A DNA stretch of 64,000 bases, from the NCBI GenBank assembly GCA_047947115.1, contig CP170459.1, positions 2,592,001 to 2,656,000 of the forward strand, given 5' to 3'. Under the pieces are notes generated by a model. That model was not told the origin of the DNA. It saw only the letters and a program-made list of their open reading frames with translations, and made no database searches. Positions 42,401 through 50,506 of this stretch are shown here, in pieces; position 1 is the stretch's first letter; each line of letters starts with the position of its first letter. The stretch comes from Verrucomicrobiota bacterium (GTDB lineage: Bacteria; Verrucomicrobiota; Verrucomicrobiia; Limisphaerales; AAA164-E04). The position numbers were made by a program, and so were the translations under genes.

Positions 42401-44267
42401 CGGGAACAGAGGCCTTGGAGGAAATCTGAGTGACGAAGCAAGTATAGTCCTAAATATAGCTCCCGTTCAGGACGTTCCTCAATTGTTTGGTTTGCCAGCA
42501 ACGGTTGAGACAAACGAGGATGTGAACATATATAAATTGGAACTTGGTTTGGTTGATTTTGACCCGGAAAATCAAAAGCTGAACTTGATTGCTGAACTGG
42601 TTGAATCATTTAATAACCCGCTTCAAAGTGTTCAGGTTGAGAAGGAGGCAGGAAATGCATGGTATCTTCACATAGGTGTTGTTCCTGATGCCTTCGGCTA
42701 TGGTCAAATAAAACTGACCTATTCAGATGATCATGTTGCACTGGAAAGAATGCTCGCCGTGAAAGTTAACCAAGTTGATGACGCCTCTGTTGGAGAATTA
42801 CTCATGATTGGTGACGTTGAAGAAGGTGGACTTGTAACAGCGGACACTACTGGAATTAAGGACGCTGATGGTCCCTTGACATTCAGTATTCAATGGCAGA
42901 TCAAAGGCGAATCTGGAGACTGGGCAAATATTCCCGGAGCAACCAGCGCTCAATACACAATCGCCCCAGATCAGTCTTTAGTTGGTTCCAGCCTGCGTGT
43001 TCAAGCAACATCGACTGACATTCTCGGTGGAGTGAACAATCATACCAGTGCAGCCTTAGTTATCACCAATGTCGAAGATGCTCCGACCGTCGAACTTGTC
43101 TCTGAAGTTACAGCTGGGTTTGCTAACGGAGTCACATTTGATGTTAACATCAGCGACAGCGACACATCGATTGAACAATTGGAAATTGCTGTTTCTTCAG
43201 TTAGTTCTCAATTAATTGACATTGCATCGCTGAAGTTTGCCCGATCAGAAACCGGAGGTCGTGTAACTGCTGATGTATTGCCCGGAGTTTCTGGAAGTGG
43301 GGCAGTAACCTTAACGGTATCGGATTCAATCCACACGGTTGTTAAGGAATTCTCTTTTGATCTTGTCAACAACAACCAATCACCAACACTGGAAGTTGCA
43401 GAAGAGGTGTCAACGATTGAAGATGTTGCACTGACGTTCACACTGACCGTAGAGGATGACTCCACTGCAGCAGAGGAGTTGGATTTGGAAATCACAGGAG
43501 ATGACCTTGGTATCCTTGATTGGGAAAATATAGAAAAGAGCTGGTTAGATTCAGTTACAGCTAAAATCACAATTCCTGTGATTGTAAACGCCAATGGTAA
43601 TGGAGAGATGTCCATTTCAGTAAGCGACGGGGAGCATTCAACTTCCCAAGTTGTTAGTTATGTTGTTGAATCTGTTAATGACGCTCCAGCATTCAGTTCA
43701 ATTGAAGCCAAAGCCTATTTTTCAGGTGATGCTTTTGAAATTGAACTAAGTGTGACGGATGTGGATGACAATTTGGAGGATTTAACCTTCACATACAACG
43801 GAATCGAACCGTTTATCGTCACCAGTGAGTTGAAACTCAAATATGATGACACCACAGGAAACCTCAGGATCTCCGGTCTGACTGGAACGGATATTCCCTC
43901 TGTTATTACAAGGCTAACGCTGGAGGCTACAGACGGAGCAGGGGATACAACCACCGAGATTATCTGGTTATTTGTTCAAGATCGGCGAGTGATTGAAGAT
44001 GTTTCAGGCTTTGACATATCCGAAGCTGCATCAAAATTTATCGGTATTAGAACTGTTGCCAACAATAACGATGGTTCCTCGGATATCAAGTTGCAGATAG
44101 AAACATTGACAAAACGAACTTTGGTTCCTGCCGATCTGGGGAACGGGGGTAATTCAGGTAACTCTCCGCAGTTAAGAAAACGTGAGGGAGGGGCACGAGT
44201 TATTGGTAACATGTTTGAATTACCGATAGATAAAAGTAAACCCTATGAGTTCTGGATTCTTGAATAA
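36432..44267 (+). CDS. Giant surface protein/adhesin with cadherin-like (CSPG-type and T1SS-adhesin-like) repeats
   Basis: 2611 aa; signal peptide; 115-aa FTQADVDSGIVQYVHD repeats and 132-aa YTENDAAT repeats; VNDAP linkers. Confidence 0.88.
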   Translation: MNKLKTTFTLLGLFFVLNAKAGLTLTIDKANETLSFSGVQNVSSANFYEWWDNSGSLYGTVLNFSPNPISNVDDANSLIDVHSNNLYVGVTGSSNLTGNGNTISYSSLTSNEKSYLESLNGSTLISQNSLDPITIVVVSGSNASPLIATNTGGTVAEGGTLTITTSMLNEGDPDDSGAGLTYSVTTASLNGRLELSSAAGISISSFTQADVDSGIVQYVHDSSETTSDSISLSLADGGENGAIAATGTFSITITPVNDAPVATDAAGTLTYTENDAATAIDGSLSLSDNDDVNLEGATISLSANFVSGEDVLAFANTGSISGSWNATSGVLTLTGTDTKANYELALESVTYQNTSEDPSVVSRTVSWVVNDGNNNSAPVTSTISVAAVNDAPLIVTNTGGTVAEGGTLAITTAMLNEGDPDDSGVELTYSVTTASSNGRLELSSAAGTSISSFTQADVDSGIVQYVHDSSETTSDSISLSLADGAEDGATAATGTFSITVTAVNDTPLIATNTGGTVAEGGTLAITTAMLNEGDPDDSGAGLVYSVTAASSNGRLELSSAAGTSISSFTQAELDLGIVRYVHDGSQTISDSISLSLADGGENGATAATGTFSITITPVNDAPVATDAAGTLTYTENDAATAIDGSLSLSDNDDVNLEGATISLSANFVSGEDVLAFANTGSISGSWNATSGVLTLTGTDTKANYELALESVTYQNTSEDPSVVSRTVSWVVNDGNNNSAPVTSTISVAAVNDAPLIVTNTGGTVAEGGTLAITTAMLNEGDPDDSGVELTYSVTTASSNGRLELSSAAGTSISSFTQADVDSGIVQYVHDSSETTSDSISLSLADGAEDGATAATGTFSITVTAVNDTPLIATNTGGTVAEGGTLAITTAMLNEGDPDDSGAGLVYSVTAASSNGRLELSSAAGTSISSFTQAELDLGIVRYVHDGSETTHDSISLSLADGGENGAIAATGTFSITVTAVNDAPLIATNTGGTVAEGGTLAITTAMLNEGDPDDSGAGLTYSVTTASSNGRLELSSAAGISISSFTQANVDSGMVQYVHDSSQSTSDTISLSLADGGEDGATAVTGIFSITVTAVNDAPLIATNTGGTVVEGGTLTITTLMLNEGDPDDSGSGLTYSVTTASSNGRLELSSAVGTSISSFTQADLDLGIVRYVHDGSETTSDSISLSLADGGEDGAAAATGTFSIIITAVNDAPLIATNTGGTVAEGGTLTITTLMLNAGDPDDSGSGLTYSVTTASLNGRLELSSAAGISISSFTQADVDSGIVQYVHDSSETTSDSISLSLADGGENGAIAATGTFSITITPVSDAPVVTDAAGTVAYTENDAATVIDSSLSLSDDDDVNLEGATISLSANFVSGEDVLAFANTGNISGNWNATTGVLALSGSDTKANYELALESVTYQNTSEDPSVVSRTVSWVVNDGNDNSAPVTSTISVAAVNDAPVATDAAGTLTYTENDAATVIDDSLSLSDHDDVNLEGATISLSANFVSGEDVLAFANTGNISGNWNATTGVLALSGSDTKANYESALESVTYQNTSEDPSVVSRTVSWVVNDGNDNSAPVTSTISVAAVNDVPVATNAAGTLAYTENDAATVIDDSLSLSDNDDVNLEGATISLSANFVSGEDVLAFANTGTISGNWNATTGVLALSGSDTKANYESALESVTYQNTSEDPSVVSRTVSWVVNDGNDNSAPVTSTITITAVNDAPSLTLSGLDPDYLEDQSAVAIFDIANFGLVEGGQRVKGLELIVSGLIDGSDELFHIDGASFPLVTGTSGTTAASGVGYSVSDVEGTLTVVLNFEAVTLDDAKSLIGSMGYLNANSAHASDGQRVFTGVRMQDNGGIENSGNDTVKFEYSSTVTVNSVNDAPSIAAPATISFDEDTSIFFNGGSKISLQDVDAIDNKIKLTLKPYNGSLAVASTSDVILTEPESSEGKVYVLEGSMSAINNALVHLAYHPNPQYYGLSSMDLKVEDLGNRGLGGNLSDEASIVLNIAPVQDVPQLFGLPATVETNEDVNIYKLELGLVDFDPENQKLNLIAELVESFNNPLQSVQVEKEAGNAWYLHIGVVPDAFGYGQIKLTYSDDHVALERMLAVKVNQVDDASVGELLMIGDVEEGGLVTADTTGIKDADGPLTFSIQWQIKGESGDWANIPGATSAQYTIAPDQSLVGSSLRVQATSTDILGGVNNHTSAALVITNVEDAPTVELVSEVTAGFANGVTFDVNISDSDTSIEQLEIAVSSVSSQLIDIASLKFARSETGGRVTADVLPGVSGSGAVTLTVSDSIHTVVKEFSFDLVNNNQSPTLEVAEEVSTIEDVALTFTLTVEDDSTAAEELDLEITGDDLGILDWENIEKSWLDSVTAKITIPVIVNANGNGEMSISVSDGEHSTSQVVSYVVESVNDAPAFSSIEAKAYFSGDAFEIELSVTDVDDNLEDLTFTYNGIEPFIVTSELKLKYDDTTGNLRISGLTGTDIPSVITRLTLEATDGAGDTTTEIIWLFVQDRRVIEDVSGFDISEAASKFIGIRTVANNNDGSSDIKLQIETLTKRTLVPADLGNGGNSGNSPQLRKREGGARVIGNMFELPIDKSKPYEFWILE
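36858..41598 (+). repeat. Mixed tandem array of 345-bp (X, 8 copies) and 396-bp (Y, 5 copies) units
   Basis: Order X Y X X Y X X X X X Y Y Y; near-perfect 1086-bp duplication (identical shadow ORFs offset by 1086). Confidence 0.88.
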
Positions 44268-44295
44268 TAGAGCCAGCAACTAATTAAGATATAAA

Positions 44296-44321
44296 GCGGG
44301 AGCCGAGAGGCTCCTGTTTTT
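44296..44321 (+). terminator. Rho-independent terminator after the second adhesin
   Basis: GCGGGAGCC-GAGA-GGCTCCTGT followed by a T run. Confidence 0.8.
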
Positions 44322-45394
44322 GTGCCATCGCATAAAATATTACCCCGGATATTTTCCACCCAACTTCTCACTCTACTTGGGCCAGAAAGTCGCCGGCTGG
44401 CATGACCGTAAACCGGTAAACGGACCCTGCAAATTAAACAATCCCATCTGAATTGACAGTTTCATTCAGGGGGACTCCGGTACACCGCTTACACCAAACA
44501 ACCTAACCCGACTTTCGCTATTCGGGAGTAAAATCAACTATTTTTGGGGGTAGGAGAGAGGTTTTGATCAATAACGACGGGGTGTCGTGGTTCAAAATGG
44601 CCTGTGGTGAAGACCTACCCTATTGCACCCTCCTCTGGAATCTGTGATTCTATAGGAGTCATATTTTTGCGAGCCAGCAATCGTCGAAAGAACGGAAACG
44701 ATCATCGATACTGCAGCGTGGTTGAAAACCGCCGCATCCGCAGTGGCAAACATGTTCAAAAGACCTTGTTGTATTTGGGAGAAATCAATGACACCCAAAA
44801 GGCCAGTTGGACCAAAACAATTGATGCGATCGACGACCGCAGCCATCGACAGGTTGCCCTATTTCCAGAGGATCGAGATATCCCCGAAGGGATTGAAGTA
44901 GGGCTTCAGGTAAAGCTCAGCCAACTCCAACTGCACCGTCCTCGACAATGGGGTGCGTGCTGGATGGCCAGTGATCTTTGGCGACAACTGAAATTGGATG
45001 AGTTTTGGGAACAACGTTTGAGGGAAAGCAGGAAAGGCACTCCTTGGCATTTGGTTTTGCAAACCTTGGTGGCATATCGATTGATTGATCCAGGCAGCGA
45101 GTGGCGTTTGCACCGGTATTGGTTTGATCACAGCGCAATGGCGGACCTCCTGGGGGAAGATTTTCGCCTGGCACAGAAGGAAACTGTGAAGGGCGGCCGA
45201 AAAGTGCAGCGGGGGGCAGTTGAAAAGTGCGGCACTTGATTGTTGTTTAGTTCCATTGGTGGTTGGAGTCAAGATTTCAGTAGGGCTACGTTCGGCTGAG
45301 GTTCGCAGGGATTGACGGAGCCGGAGCGTAGCGGAGGCGGAGGAAAGCCCTGCGGGGCGCCCCCCCATCTCTCCCTTTCGTTCCTGATTGGGAT

Positions 45395-46159
45395 TCATGA
45401 TTTCCTATTCTTTCGTTTCTTGGAGTCCTTCAGGCGATAACTCTCCCCATTGGCTTCAAGGATATGAACGCGATGTGTCAGGCGATCAAGCATGGCTCCC
45501 GTGAGGCGTTCGCTTCCCATGACTTCTGTCCATTGTTCAAAGGGCAAATTGGTCGTTACTACCAGACTTGTTCGTTCGTAGGCTCGACTGACAACATCAA
45601 ATAGCAGTTCGGCTCCTGTTTTTGAAAACGGGACGTATCCCAGTTCATCTAAAATGATCAAGTGGTAACGCTCCAACTGCTTTTTGAAACGCTGCAAAGT
45701 TCGTTCTTCTCGATGTTCCAGTAGCGTCGTCACTAGTCCGGTAACACTGAAAAACTTTACCTTGAGTCCTTGCATGCAGACTGCGTGTCCCAGTGCTGTC
45801 GCCAAGTGGGATTTTCCTGTGCCAGGATTGCCCACCAATAGGACATTTTCTTTACGTTGCACAAACTCACCCCTTATCAACTCTCGGACACTGGCTTCAT
45901 TGATTGAGGGCTGCATCGTAAAATCAAAGCTGTCCAGGGTCTTTAAAATCGGGAACATCGCTTGCCGGATACGTCTTTCAGAAGCACGTTGCTCACGTTC
46001 GATCAATTCACGTTCGGTTAATCGCAACAAAAACTCGGCATATCCACTACGTTCCTTCGCGCACAACTGAGCCATCGATTCATATTCCCTTAAAATCGTT
46101 GGTAGTTTGAGCGCCTTGAGATGGTGAGCGAGCAGCACATTTGGTACATCCTTGTTCAT
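45395..46159 (-). CDS. istB: IS21 helper ATPase IstB
   Basis: Walker A GNPGTGKS, IILDELGY, TTNLPF, AMLDRLTH, GESYR. Confidence 0.93.
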   Translation of the reverse strand: MNKDVPNVLLAHHLKALKLPTILREYESMAQLCAKERSGYAEFLLRLTERELIEREQRASERRIRQAMFPILKTLDSFDFTMQPSINEASVRELIRGEFVQRKENVLLVGNPGTGKSHLATALGHAVCMQGLKVKFFSVTGLVTTLLEHREERTLQRFKKQLERYHLIILDELGYVPFSKTGAELLFDVVSRAYERTSLVVTTNLPFEQWTEVMGSERLTGAMLDRLTHRVHILEANGESYRLKDSKKRKNRKS

Positions 46160-47655
46160 CGTTCACCTCCCACCAATTGGGCATACTCACTCAAGTCCGG
46201 TGCTTTGACCCAAACATGTTTCAAATGAGGATGCCCATCCAGGTTGAAGGTTTGTTCACACCATGTCTCTTGAGGACACAAAAACTGAGCCACCGCATCT
46301 CGGGTGATAGCTCCATACTCCAGAGCCTTGGATAATGCGCGCACCAACGCTGGCATGGAATGCTTCTCCAGTAAGCGAAGGATTTTGATATACTCTCGAA
46401 CACCTTCACCCCCGTATTGGTTTTCCAGGCGTTTTCGCAGAGTGGTGAACGTTTCCGGTAGTTCCCATTTATCCAGCGGTAACGCGTGATCTAATGCACC
46501 AGGTTTACGTTCCAACAACGCCAAGTAATGCACTGGTTCAAACTTAACTTTTTCCTTGTCCCAAATCCGCGAATGACGAGCAACTTCTTGTCCTTGTGCA
46601 TAAAGGAATACTTCCCAGCAAAATCCTTTGGCAACGATGGGATGATGCGCCCAGCAGACCGGAACAGAATAATCATTGCAATCAAAACGCACCAAAGACA
46701 GGGAATTAGCTGTGGTAGACACTTTTCGAGCTGCTTCAAATGGGCTGGCAGGCAATGGAATCATGGCTGCCTGATCTTCAGTTAGGAGAACCTCTTTAGA
46801 ATCGGATTTACCCCTGAGTCGACGTTTAAGTTCTTCCTGACATTGTTGCCTGAGTTGTGCATTGAGCTCTTCAAAATCCCGCACTTGAGGCACTGGAACC
46901 ATGAAGTTGAGTCGAGTGTATTTGACCAATCCTTCCACCACACCTTTTTCATTACCACGAGCCGGAAGGCAAAAGTGATGATCAAAAAGATAATGGCTTT
47001 TGAGTTGGAGAAAACCATGTGTCAGACGCCGTTGTCTCGATCCGATAATCTTGGATACAGCAATCCTGGTGTTGTCGTAGGTGATGCGTTTGGGAACACC
47101 GTTGAAAAACTCGAAAGCTTGAACATGCCCTTCTTGGAATGTCTCTGTGTTCTCACGCTCAAAGGCCATTACAAAAACGGCGTCACTGTGAGGCAATGAC
47201 ATCACAAAGAATGGGATCTTTCGAAGCTGGCCTCCTACGCAAGCAAGAGCATGCCCAAAATCGACCTGAGCCTCTCCAGGAGGATGTTTGAGGGGGATGA
47301 AGACTTCCTGATTCTTTTGGGTAAGACGTCTTACAGCCTCCCTGACAGTAGAATAGGCCCCTTGATAACCATTTTCATCTCGAAGCCGCTCCCAGATGCG
47401 CTTGGCTGTGTGCCTCTGTTTTTTGTGAATTTTGAGATCATCCTCAAGGATTTGCTTAATCCGGTCCTCAAAAGGACCAATTTTGGGACGTTCACGCGGT
47501 TTGGTTAATTGATAACCAGGAGGTTCACTATGAGTTAGGATCTTGTCCAGGGTTCGCCAATGCATCCCTGTTTCCCGTAGTATGCTGCGCTTGCTGACTC
47601 CATCAACAAGCACCCTTCTTCTTATGTTATTCCATTGTTCCATATCGGCATACAT
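46156..47655 (-). CDS. istA: IS21 transposase IstA
   Basis: GEAQVDFG, ITYDN, GNEKGVVE (DDE), FDCNDYSVP. Confidence 0.93.
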   Translation of the reverse strand: MYADMEQWNNIRRRVLVDGVSKRSILRETGMHWRTLDKILTHSEPPGYQLTKPRERPKIGPFEDRIKQILEDDLKIHKKQRHTAKRIWERLRDENGYQGAYSTVREAVRRLTQKNQEVFIPLKHPPGEAQVDFGHALACVGGQLRKIPFFVMSLPHSDAVFVMAFERENTETFQEGHVQAFEFFNGVPKRITYDNTRIAVSKIIGSRQRRLTHGFLQLKSHYLFDHHFCLPARGNEKGVVEGLVKYTRLNFMVPVPQVRDFEELNAQLRQQCQEELKRRLRGKSDSKEVLLTEDQAAMIPLPASPFEAARKVSTTANSLSLVRFDCNDYSVPVCWAHHPIVAKGFCWEVFLYAQGQEVARHSRIWDKEKVKFEPVHYLALLERKPGALDHALPLDKWELPETFTTLRKRLENQYGGEGVREYIKILRLLEKHSMPALVRALSKALEYGAITRDAVAQFLCPQETWCEQTFNLDGHPHLKHVWVKAPDLSEYAQLVGGER

Positions 47656-49150
47656 GCTCCTTTCTTAGCATGATGCCGCACTTTTCGACTGTCACTTTCC
47701 TGACCCCGACCCGCCGCACTTTTCGACTGGCGCCCACAGCCGCGATAAGCGATCGGACTGTGTTCAAGTGGTCATCGCACTGGTCGTCACGACTGAAGGT
47801 TTTCCCTTGGCCTACGAGGTAATGTCCGGCAATACGGCGGACAACACAACTCTCAGAGGTTTTCTGAAAAAAATTGAAGATCAATATGGAAAAGCAGATC
47901 GAGTTTGGGTGATGGATAGAGGCATCCCAACCGAAGAAGTATTGGCCGAAATGAGAAAATCTTCGACACCGGTTTCCTATCTGCTTGGGACACCCAAAGC
48001 CCGCTTGAATCGCTACGAACAACGACTGACCGAACTACCGTGGAAGGTGGTTCGAGATGATGTTTCAGTCAAACTTCTGCCCGAAGGAGATGAAATCTAC
48101 GTCTATGCGCAAAGTGGAAATCGGATTCAGAAGGAAAGGGCCATGCGCAAACGTCGACTTCGCAAACTACTCAATGATCTCAAGAAACTACGAGATCGAA
48201 AACGACTCACACGAGATACCCTTCTCATGAAATTAGGGGAGTTAAAGTGAGATGCAGGAAGGGCCTATGGACTGCTTAACATTCAGCTGCCCGAATCCAA
48301 AGAGGCCATTACATCCGAGACATTTTCATGGACTCTGAATTGGAAAAAATATCGAGAAGTTTATCGCCGAGAAGATCGATACCTGCTCCGCAGCAACCTT
48401 GAGGGAAGCGATCCTGCAAAACTCTGGGAATACTACATCCAACTGACACAGGTTGAGGAAGCGTTTAAGAACCTCAAAGGCGATTTAGCCATTCGTCCGA
48501 TTCACCACCGACTGGAAGAACGCATCGAAGCTCACATCTTTATTGCATTCCTCGCTTATTGTCTTCACGTAACCCCGGGAAAACGATGTCGGCAGAGAGC
48601 AACTGGATTGACTCCACGCAGTGTCCTTGAACAACTCAAAACCATGCAAATGATCGATGTTTCAATTCCAACCGTTGATGGGCGCTGGCTCCAAATGGCC
48701 CGATATACCCAACCGGACAAAGCTCAACAATTACTGCTGGCACAACTGGGAATGGAACTTCCACCACAGCCATCACCCAAGATCACCTTGGAACAAATTA
48801 ATCCCCAATGTAGTGAAGACCCAGGCCCCAAATAGTCCAAATTTTCAACGTTTTTGAGTTTTTAATGGGCGAATAGCGAAAGTCGGGCTAATACGTGGAT
48901 TGGGTTGAAAAGTGGAAAATGAGTTTCGCCGATTCCACTTACTGCATTTTTTCGCCCTTTGGTGGCTGTTTTTTAGTGCCCGCTGACACTCTACGGGTCC
49001 CCCTGACATCCACGCCGGTGGCCCAGAAGCGGTGTTCTCGGACAAGGATCAAGTTATTGATGGAATATTTGGAGTGTTGGAAGGCGTTGTGCAAGCATTG
49101 AGGAAGGTGGACTGAGCCGCGTCACCACATGGCGCCTTGTCTCCTTCTAC

Positions 49151-50311
49151 TCATTTCTGCAGCCGGTTCTGCCCCACCAAGTCCGGCAGCTTGTCCAGTG
49201 CTGCTCTTTTGATCTCCAGGTCAATCTTGGTGTAGTTCCGTGACATTGCCTCGGAATCATGCCCTACGATGTCACCCGCAATTGCCGAGGTGGCTCCTGT
49301 GTTCTTTAGCTCGCTGGTCAGTGTGTGACGGAGACAATGGAAGCTGAGTCCGGCGTATTTGCGGCGTTGTCCATCGGCCTTGTAGGTCCTGTAATTCTTT
49401 CTTTCAACCAGACCGGCACTCGCCAGTATGGTATTGAATTGATTGGACAGCATCTTGACTGGCACTCCAGCCAATGAGCCACAAACGAATTCTCCTTGGG
49501 ATTTGGATCGGAGATCCTTCAGAAGCCGAAGTAAGGGTGGCGCGATTGGGACGATTACCATCCTTCCGGTCTTCTTTGTCTTGAGTGAATAAACCGCCTT
49601 ATCAAGATCCACGTTGGACCATTTCAGATTGGTAACATCTCCGATACGAAGCCCTGTGTAGTAGCCCACCAGAACAGCAGTCCTCCAGTCCCCCTCGAGT
49701 GTGGTAAGTAGTCGGCCCAATTCCGATGGCGTGAATGGCCTCCGCTCCTGTTTATCCGTTCTTGAGAGGTTCTTGACAATCCTGGCGGGGTTTTTGTCCA
49801 TCACGTCTTGTTCCTTCGCAGCATCAAACATTAACCGCAGCATCTTGAGGTGATTATTGATGGTCCCGGTGGACAAAATACCTGAGATGGAATCCCTGTA
49901 ACCGCGAATATCTGTGATCTCAACCGCTGAGATTTTGTTATCTGCCTTGTGGGCAAGGTGGTCCAGAAATCTTTTGGTAATCGCCGTGTAGGACTTGTAG
50001 GTAGAGACCGAGATTCGGCCTCTAATGTCCTTAAGCCAATCAGTCATAAACTCACGAATGGAATGTCCAGGTTGCACGTCGGGTGATCCCTCCATGATGG
50101 TGGCCATGGCCCTTTCAAGCATGGTGCGAACTTGTTGATGGGTCAGTTCCGAATTCTTGGACTTTCTCTCAGCTTGGCCAAGTGCGCTGCAGATAATCTC
50201 GGCCTTTTTGCGGTCAGGGGTGCCGGTACTTTGGAAGTGGCGCTTGCCGGTGGCATCCGTGAATGCGCAGAACCAATTCGGCTTGCCGTGTTGTCTGTGG
50301 AGGCTGGACAT
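49151..50311 (-). CDS. Tyrosine integrase of the island
   Basis: TGLRIGD, KKTG, FHCLRH, VGHDS, NYT; N-terminal arm-binding-like WFCAFTDATGKRHFQSTGT; likely start ATG 50311. Confidence 0.92.
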   Translation of the reverse strand: MSSLHRQHGKPNWFCAFTDATGKRHFQSTGTPDRKKAEIICSALGQAERKSKNSELTHQQVRTMLERAMATIMEGSPDVQPGHSIREFMTDWLKDIRGRISVSTYKSYTAITKRFLDHLAHKADNKISAVEITDIRGYRDSISGILSTGTINNHLKMLRLMFDAAKEQDVMDKNPARIVKNLSRTDKQERRPFTPSELGRLLTTLEGDWRTAVLVGYYTGLRIGDVTNLKWSNVDLDKAVYSLKTKKTGRMVIVPIAPPLLRLLKDLRSKSQGEFVCGSLAGVPVKMLSNQFNTILASAGLVERKNYRTYKADGQRRKYAGLSFHCLRHTLTSELKNTGATSAIAGDIVGHDSEAMSRNYTKIDLEIKRAALDKLPDLVGQNRLQK

Positions 50312-50399
50312 GGCATAACATTGGCATAACATTCACCAATGTCAATCGTGTTTGTGTATATGTAAATAGTGGCAAACCAACACAAAAGACACCCGCAAA

Positions 50400-50430
50400 C
50401 AGGTTCAAGTCCTGCCGCGGGCACCATCTT
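50400..50430 (+). repeat. att core, right copy (duplicated tRNA-Leu 3' end)
   Basis: Identical to 10913-10943. Confidence 0.93.
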
Positions 50431-50506
50431 TTTTAAAACCCAATCAGACACACTCTCATTCATTCCATTCTTGCAGCCGTCTAACGCGTTCCTTCATGAT
50501 CAGGGG

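Larger units (their letters stand above)
45185..47738 (-). mobile_element. IS21-family element (istA-istB), apparently complete
   Basis: TGTG...CACA ends with repeated GAAAAGTGC motifs; istA and istB intact. Confidence 0.92.
44507..48887 (+). mobile_element. IS1634-family element, inactivated (IS21 insertion, internal deletion, in-frame stop)
   Basis: 18-bp terminal IRs CCCGACTTTCGCTATTCG (44507-44524 / 48870-48887) flanked by CTAA on both sides; transposase fragments RRKNGNDHRYCSVVEN...PGSEWRLHR, RDKRSDCVQV...VMDRGIPT; TGA at 48248. Confidence 0.88.
10913..50430. mobile_element. tRNA-Leu-integrated genomic island / integrative element (~39.5 kb)
   Basis: Perfect 31-bp direct repeat CAGGTTCAAGTCCTGCCGCGGGCACCATCTT at both ends; tyrosine integrase next to the right repeat; IS-rich cargo. 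Confidence 0.93.

Noticed and set aside
44859..45398. 179-aa minus-strand ORF after istB
   Set aside because: Spans the IS21 end and antisense IS1634 sequence; no coding signature.
50400..50426. Second tRNA gene
   Set aside because: Only the T-arm and 3' acceptor strand are present; it is the att duplicate.
10913..50430. Prophage or conjugative ICE
   Set aside because: No terminase, capsid, portal, lysis, relaxase or T4SS genes recognised; the S74 protein has a signal peptide and a non-phage context.
50369..50506. N-terminal extension of the CotH gene across the att site
   Set aside because: Reads through the tRNA-derived repeat; a signal-peptide-like region follows ATG 50507, so the extension is probably incidental.
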